The notes under the pieces: generated by a model
The model's database searches: none
Seen by the model: only the letters and a program-made list of their open reading frames with translations
Told to the model about the DNA's origin: nothing
Part shown: piece after piece, positions 27,769 to 32,000 of the stretch
Numbering within the stretch: the first letter of the stretch is position 1
Layout: each line of letters opens with the position of its first letter
Made by a program: the position numbers and the translations under genes
NCBI RefSeq assembly: GCF_000260965.1
Contig: NC_017856.1
Span: 1,650,001-1,682,000 of the forward strand
DNA length: 32,000 nucleotides
Direction: 5' to 3'
Origin: Methylophaga frappieri
GTDB lineage: Bacteria > Pseudomonadota > Gammaproteobacteria > Nitrosococcales > Methylophagaceae

Positions 27769-27842
27769 TGTGGCTTGAGCTCATTTTTGTCGGTATTGTA
27801 TTGGCTGTTGTCGCTATCGCTTGGCTCATCCCTCTCGACTGA
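27768..27842 (+). CDS. Candidate 24-aa hydrophobic micro-protein (MWLELIFVGIVLAVVAIAWLIPLD)
   Basis: The ATG overlaps the upstream TGA stop (TGATG at 27766-27770). It has a single TM-like segment and overlaps the 3' end of the convergent RND gene by 17 nt. There is no homology evidence and it could be a chance ORF. Confidence 0.25.
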   Translation: MWLELIFVGIVLAVVAIAWLIPLD

Positions 27843-30800
27843 GATGTGTGGTTTGATGCGCATTTGAGTTAAATACGCCAAAACGCAGCATAATGGCTGG
27901 CAGAACTAAAAGATTTAGTAATGTCGAAGTGACAAGTCCACCAATAATAATTGCCGCCATCGGCCCCATGATTTCACGTCCCGGGTTATCGGCATCAATG
28001 GCTATCGGCAACATTGCTAATGCTGTAACCAGGGCTGTAATCAAAATTGACGGCAGGCGCTCCTGTGCCCCTTGAATGGCGGTACTTAGCTGCCAAGGTT
28101 TTCCCAGCTTTTCTACTAAATAATGGTAATGCGAAACAAGCATTATTGAGTTTCTCAACGTAATACCAAATAAAGTAACAAAACCAACTAAAGAACCAAT
28201 TGATAGTACGCCGCCAGTAATGAGTACAGCAACAACACCACCTAACAATGAAAACGGCAAATTCATTAGGACCAATATCATATTGGGAAAACTTCGTAGT
28301 GCCACGTAGATCAACAACATTACCCCGATACTGGCTAATAACGAGTGTAATAACAAATCAGACCGTGACTCAGCCTCAACAACTGCGGCGCCGGTGAACT
28401 CTGGATAAACCTCAGCGCTAAACGTTACCTGCTCATGGATACGTTTCCGCAACTCATCGAAAAATGAACTGAGATCCCGGCCAGTTAAATTACAGGTTAC
28501 CGTCTGTAAACGTTGCCCCCCTTTATGTAGAATCGCATGTCGGTCTGAAACCTGTGATAGCTCTACAACTTCTGACAAGGGGATGATGCCGCCAGTCAAT
28601 GTGCGAACGGGTAAGGTCAAAATTTGGTGCGGGTTATGTCTTAGTGTTTTTGGTAAGACAACAACAGTCTCAAATTGTCGATTATCCTCACTGACATGAC
28701 CAACCAACATGCCATCATAGGCCGTTTTCAATACGGTCATTATCTCTGTCGGCCTAAGCCCCCAAAAAGCAAGTTGATCTAATTTCAGTCTCACCTGTAA
28801 CTGAGGTTCTCCTACCGGTGCACGAATTTGTATATCTGACGCGCCACGGATTTCCGCCATCACCGCAGCAACTTCCCTTGCTTTGCTATCCAGTACATCC
28901 AGATTTTTACCGAATAAATTCACGACAATCGGAGATGTATAACCAGAAATTGTCTCGTCAATGCGTTCAACGAGGAAAGAATTCACTTCTGAAGCAATGC
29001 CTGGGAACTCTGATAAGATTTCCCGGATTTCATCTAAAATCGCTTGTTGTTGTTGACCGTTTAAATCAGGCTCAAGATCAACCTCGTACTCACTATAGTG
29101 GGTGCCGTAAGTATCCGCTCCACGTTCTGCTCTTCCAGCCCACTGCGATGTTGCCCTGACACCAGGGATTTTTGCGATACGCCGCTCGATTTGCCCACCT
29201 ATTTGCAATGATGATTCAACTGATGTGCCAGCAATACTTGTCGTATGGATAATGTAATGACCTTCCCTCAACTCGGGCAAAAAGCCGCTTCCGAAAAAAG
29301 GTAATACGGAAATACCACCAATACATAAAACCAATACCGTCATGAACGTTATTTTAGGAAACTGGCAAATCCGGCCCAGCATGTGGCCATATTTTGGTGT
29401 TAACCATCTTATTAAAGGTGGTTCCCCATTTTTGGTATGACTGAGTTTGCCCAGCATTAAATGGCATAAGGCTGGCGTGACGGTTAATGCAACTAACAAT
29501 GAAGCAAAAATCGCCAGGATATAGGCTTCACCAAGCGGCTCAAACATACGTCCCGCCACACCGCTTAAGGTTAGTAGAGGAACAAACGCAAGCATGACGA
29601 TAAAGCTGGCATAAACAACCGAGCTTCGCACCTCCATCGAGGCCTCATAAACGACCGTTGTAACTGACTTTGGCTCACTTAATAATGCATTTTCTCTGAG
29701 CCTTCGGAAAATATTTTCTGTGTCGATGATCGCATCATCTACCACCTCCCCTAACGCTATCGCCAACCCGCCTAGAACCATTATATTTAGATTAACGCCC
29801 ATCTCTAGAAGAACAATAATGGCCGCCATCAAAGATAATGGAATTGCAGTGATCGAAATTAATGCCGTACGGAAGTTAAACAAAAAAAGGAATAAAACCA
29901 ATAAGACCAGCCCGCCGCCGACAAACAAATGATGCTGGATATTACTCAGTGACCGTTGTATGTAATTTGCGGGCCTAAATAAATCGTCGTGGAGCACAAT
30001 CCCATCACTCTCAAACCCCTTTTGGAATTCACGCAAGGCAGCTTCCACACCTTGAGTCACCGACAACGTATTCCCTTTATATTGCCCAATCACCATCATG
30101 ACGATAGCGGGCTGACCGCTCACGGCGGCACCACCAATCGTCGGTGCCGCCGCCATTGTTATTGTCGCAACATCACCGAGTAGAATCACATTCTCGCCTT
30201 GATGTTTAACGACAACCTTGGCCATCTCATCGGCTGAATTTGGCTGGCCAGTGACTGTCAACATAATGCGTTGATTGCTATTTTCTATGTATCCAACCCC
30301 ATGTAGGCCGGTAGCCTGTCTGGCTGCCGTCGTAACATCTTGAATAGTTAAACCAAGTTGTTGTAGTGCCGGAAGGTCTGGCTGAATTTGCAGTTGCTTA
30401 ACCTCTCCACCGAAGACATTAATATCTGCAACGCCCGGCACAGCAAGAAGTCTAGGGGTAAGGGCATAATCAACAACGGATCGTAATGACATTAAGTCTT
30501 GCGAATCTGATGTCAAACCAATCGTCATGATAGTACCCGATGAAGATTCTAACGGTACCATCGCCGGTGTTATAAATTCAGGAACAATGTCTTTTAAGCC
30601 CGCTAACCGCTCATCAACTAATTGCCTGTTTCGGTAAATATCTGTTTTATCATCAAAGGTAAGTGTGATGACGGATAGGCCCGGTGTTGATGCAGAATCA
30701 ACAAAGTCGACATCCGGTAGACCGCCTAAAACATTTTCCAAGGGCTGAGTAATGAGTGCTTCAACCTGCTTAGCTGTAAATCCTTGAGATTCGGTTTGAA

Positions 30801-30945
30801 TAATAACTTGCTTGGGGGCGAATTCCGGAAAAATATCCAGACTAGCGCCATTTAGCTGATAGACGCCATAGACCATCATCAACACAGCAAGCACCAGCAC
30901 GACACCACGAAAACGAACCGAGAAGGCCACGATTTTGGCTAACAT
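27826..30945 (-). CDS. RND efflux permease, CusA/CzcA (heavy-metal efflux, HME) family
   Basis: 1039 aa with the 12-TM, two-large-periplasmic-loop architecture. The N-terminus (IVAFSVRFRGVVLVLAVLMMVYGVYQL...LDIFPEF) and the TM4 motif LGGLAIALGEVVDDAIIDTEN resemble CusA ([21 protein letters not shown]). Confidence 0.85.
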   Translation of the reverse strand: MLAKIVAFSVRFRGVVLVLAVLMMVYGVYQLNGASLDIFPEFAPKQVIIQTESQGFTAKQVEALITQPLENVLGGLPDVDFVDSASTPGLSVITLTFDDKTDIYRNRQLVDERLAGLKDIVPEFITPAMVPLESSSGTIMTIGLTSDSQDLMSLRSVVDYALTPRLLAVPGVADINVFGGEVKQLQIQPDLPALQQLGLTIQDVTTAARQATGLHGVGYIENSNQRIMLTVTGQPNSADEMAKVVVKHQGENVILLGDVATITMAAAPTIGGAAVSGQPAIVMMVIGQYKGNTLSVTQGVEAALREFQKGFESDGIVLHDDLFRPANYIQRSLSNIQHHLFVGGGLVLLVLFLFLFNFRTALISITAIPLSLMAAIIVLLEMGVNLNIMVLGGLAIALGEVVDDAIIDTENIFRRLRENALLSEPKSVTTVVYEASMEVRSSVVYASFIVMLAFVPLLTLSGVAGRMFEPLGEAYILAIFASLLVALTVTPALCHLMLGKLSHTKNGEPPLIRWLTPKYGHMLGRICQFPKITFMTVLVLCIGGISVLPFFGSGFLPELREGHYIIHTTSIAGTSVESSLQIGGQIERRIAKIPGVRATSQWAGRAERGADTYGTHYSEYEVDLEPDLNGQQQQAILDEIREILSEFPGIASEVNSFLVERIDETISGYTSPIVVNLFGKNLDVLDSKAREVAAVMAEIRGASDIQIRAPVGEPQLQVRLKLDQLAFWGLRPTEIMTVLKTAYDGMLVGHVSEDNRQFETVVVLPKTLRHNPHQILTLPVRTLTGGIIPLSEVVELSQVSDRHAILHKGGQRLQTVTCNLTGRDLSSFFDELRKRIHEQVTFSAEVYPEFTGAAVVEAESRSDLLLHSLLASIGVMLLIYVALRSFPNMILVLMNLPFSLLGGVVAVLITGGVLSIGSLVGFVTLFGITLRNSIMLVSHYHYLVEKLGKPWQLSTAIQGAQERLPSILITALVTALAMLPIAIDADNPGREIMGPMAAIIIGGLVTSTLLNLLVLPAIMLRFGVFNSNAHQTTHLSREG

Positions 30946-30992
30946 AGGAAGTCGCTCAAATTCTCTCTAAATTAAATTCACGTGCTTTAAAG

Positions 30993-32000
30993 CTAATCAT
31001 CATCGTCATCGTCGTCTTCATCCATGATTTGCCACTTGAATTCTTCTGACAAAAGCGTTTGAGCCCCCCTTATAACCACCTTTTCTTGGGGTGAAATAAG
31101 ATTGTTTATGTCAAACACACCTATAGCTGTAGGTATCATGGACTGCGCTGAAACGCGCTGAAAGTTTTCCAATGAACGCCTTACATAAATCCATTGTTGG
31201 CCGCCATACCAGACAAGCGCTTCCCCCGGTATTGAGACTCCCTTTAAAGCTGTTGGTTGTTTAGGTACCCACACATCCAACCTAAGGCTTTCTGGTAATG
31301 CGGTATCCTTAATTAGAAAGTAATATGATTGACCAAACGCACTCTGATTACCGCTTAATACAGGCGCTATAAAGGTCGCCGTTTTCAGCGCTTTTTCCTG
31401 ATTAGGTAAGACAACGCTGAGAGTTTTCACTTCTGAATTTAACGAAGATCCAACCGGCAAACTCACGCGCAACAAACTATCCTGACGGCTAACAATCCGG
31501 TTTAAAGCCAAACTATTGTCCGCAGTTATCCAGTCTGCAATTGTTTCAGGCCAGTACCCTGCAATCTTGTTTTTTATCAGGTCAAAATGAAGTTGCGCTG
31601 AATCAAACCTTGCTTTTGCTGCTTGCCATTTTGCTTTAGCACTAGCGACTTCCTTATTAGCAATGCTGCCAGCTTGTGTCGCTAACTCTTGCAAGCGTGA
31701 CCACTCTTGGTACATCGCATCCATCACAACTTCCGCTTCTTTACGTTGTGCCTGTTGCTGTACAAGCTCTCCCCGCTGTTCTAACAATGGCTGAACAGAA
31801 TGAACTGAAGCCCAAGCTCGAACTTCAGGAGATAATATGGCTTCTTTTACTATGGCCGTTTTAATTCCGGCCAACTCAATCAAATCCGAATCAAGTTCAA
31901 CGGCCATTAAACTAGGTGCAGACTTCTCACTATCAGACGCAACGACATCATCATCTGAATCAAGCTTATCTAACCAATCTGATGTCAATATATTGGGAGA
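30993..32000 (-). CDS. RND periplasmic adaptor (membrane fusion protein), N-terminus probably outside the window; C-terminal poly-Asp tail
   Basis: AGIKTAIV...VRAWASV, then an alpha-helical hairpin (QQQAQRKEAE...AKAKWQAAKARFDSAQ), then beta-rich domains, as is typical of MFPs. It ends ...KWQIMDEDDDDDDD. The frame stays open to base 32000 and no signal/anchor segment is seen, so the gene is likely 5'-truncated by the window edge. It lies 47 nt upstream of the RND gene. Confidence 0.7.
   Translation of the reverse strand, partial: SPNILTSDWLDKLDSDDDVVASDSEKSAPSLMAVELDSDLIELAGIKTAIVKEAILSPEVRAWASVHSVQPLLEQRGELVQQQAQRKEAEVVMDAMYQEWSRLQELATQAGSIANKEVASAKAKWQAAKARFDSAQLHFDLIKNKIAGYWPETIADWITADNSLALNRIVSRQDSLLRVSLPVGSSLNSEVKTLSVVLPNQEKALKTATFIAPVLSGNQSAFGQSYYFLIKDTALPESLRLDVWVPKQPTALKGVSIPGEALVWYGGQQWIYVRRSLENFQRVSAQSMIPTAIGVFDINNLISPQEKVVIRGAQTLLSEEFKWQIMDEDDDDDDD

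Noticed and set aside
30993-31025. The poly-Asp coding tract, considered as a simple-sequence repeat, slippage hotspot or assembly artefact.
   Set aside because: The codons are a mixture of GAT, GAC and GAA, not a pure trinucleotide repeat, and the frame ends in a normal stop. I treated it as a genuine protein feature, not a DNA repeat.

Overview
The window reads as chromosomal backbone from a moderate-GC gammaproteobacterium, densely packed with recognisable housekeeping genes. I found no rRNA, tRNA, CRISPR array, IS element, integrase or obvious prophage or defence genes. Two synteny blocks known from E. coli are present. The first is trxB / ftsK-lolA-rarA. The second is orn ... queG / nnr-tsaE-amiB-mutL.

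The most interesting content lies between orn and queG, where about 8 kb of accessory genes sit. It starts with a tightly packed four-gene UV-damage module at 12491-17037:
- a 46-aa Cys-rich DUF2256-type micro-gene that is too short to appear in the supplied ORF track
- a DEDDh-exonuclease / GIY-YIG (Cho-like) fusion, whose start overlaps the micro-gene stop (TAATG)
- an Fe-S bacterial (6-4) photolyase/cryptochrome (PhrB/CryB type)
- a class I CPD photolyase

This is followed by a flavodoxin gene with a clear Fur box over its promoter, a small secreted lipocalin-like protein, and a Tat-exported PhoX phosphatase.

After mutL the expected miaA-hfq continuation is missing. In its place are a membrane-anchored, highly acidic protein with a LysM-like C-terminus and a coupled 24-aa hydrophobic micro-ORF. 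These converge on a heavy-metal-type RND pump whose adaptor protein ends in a poly-Asp tail.

All functional calls rest on motifs read by eye and recalled family knowledge. No database search was run.
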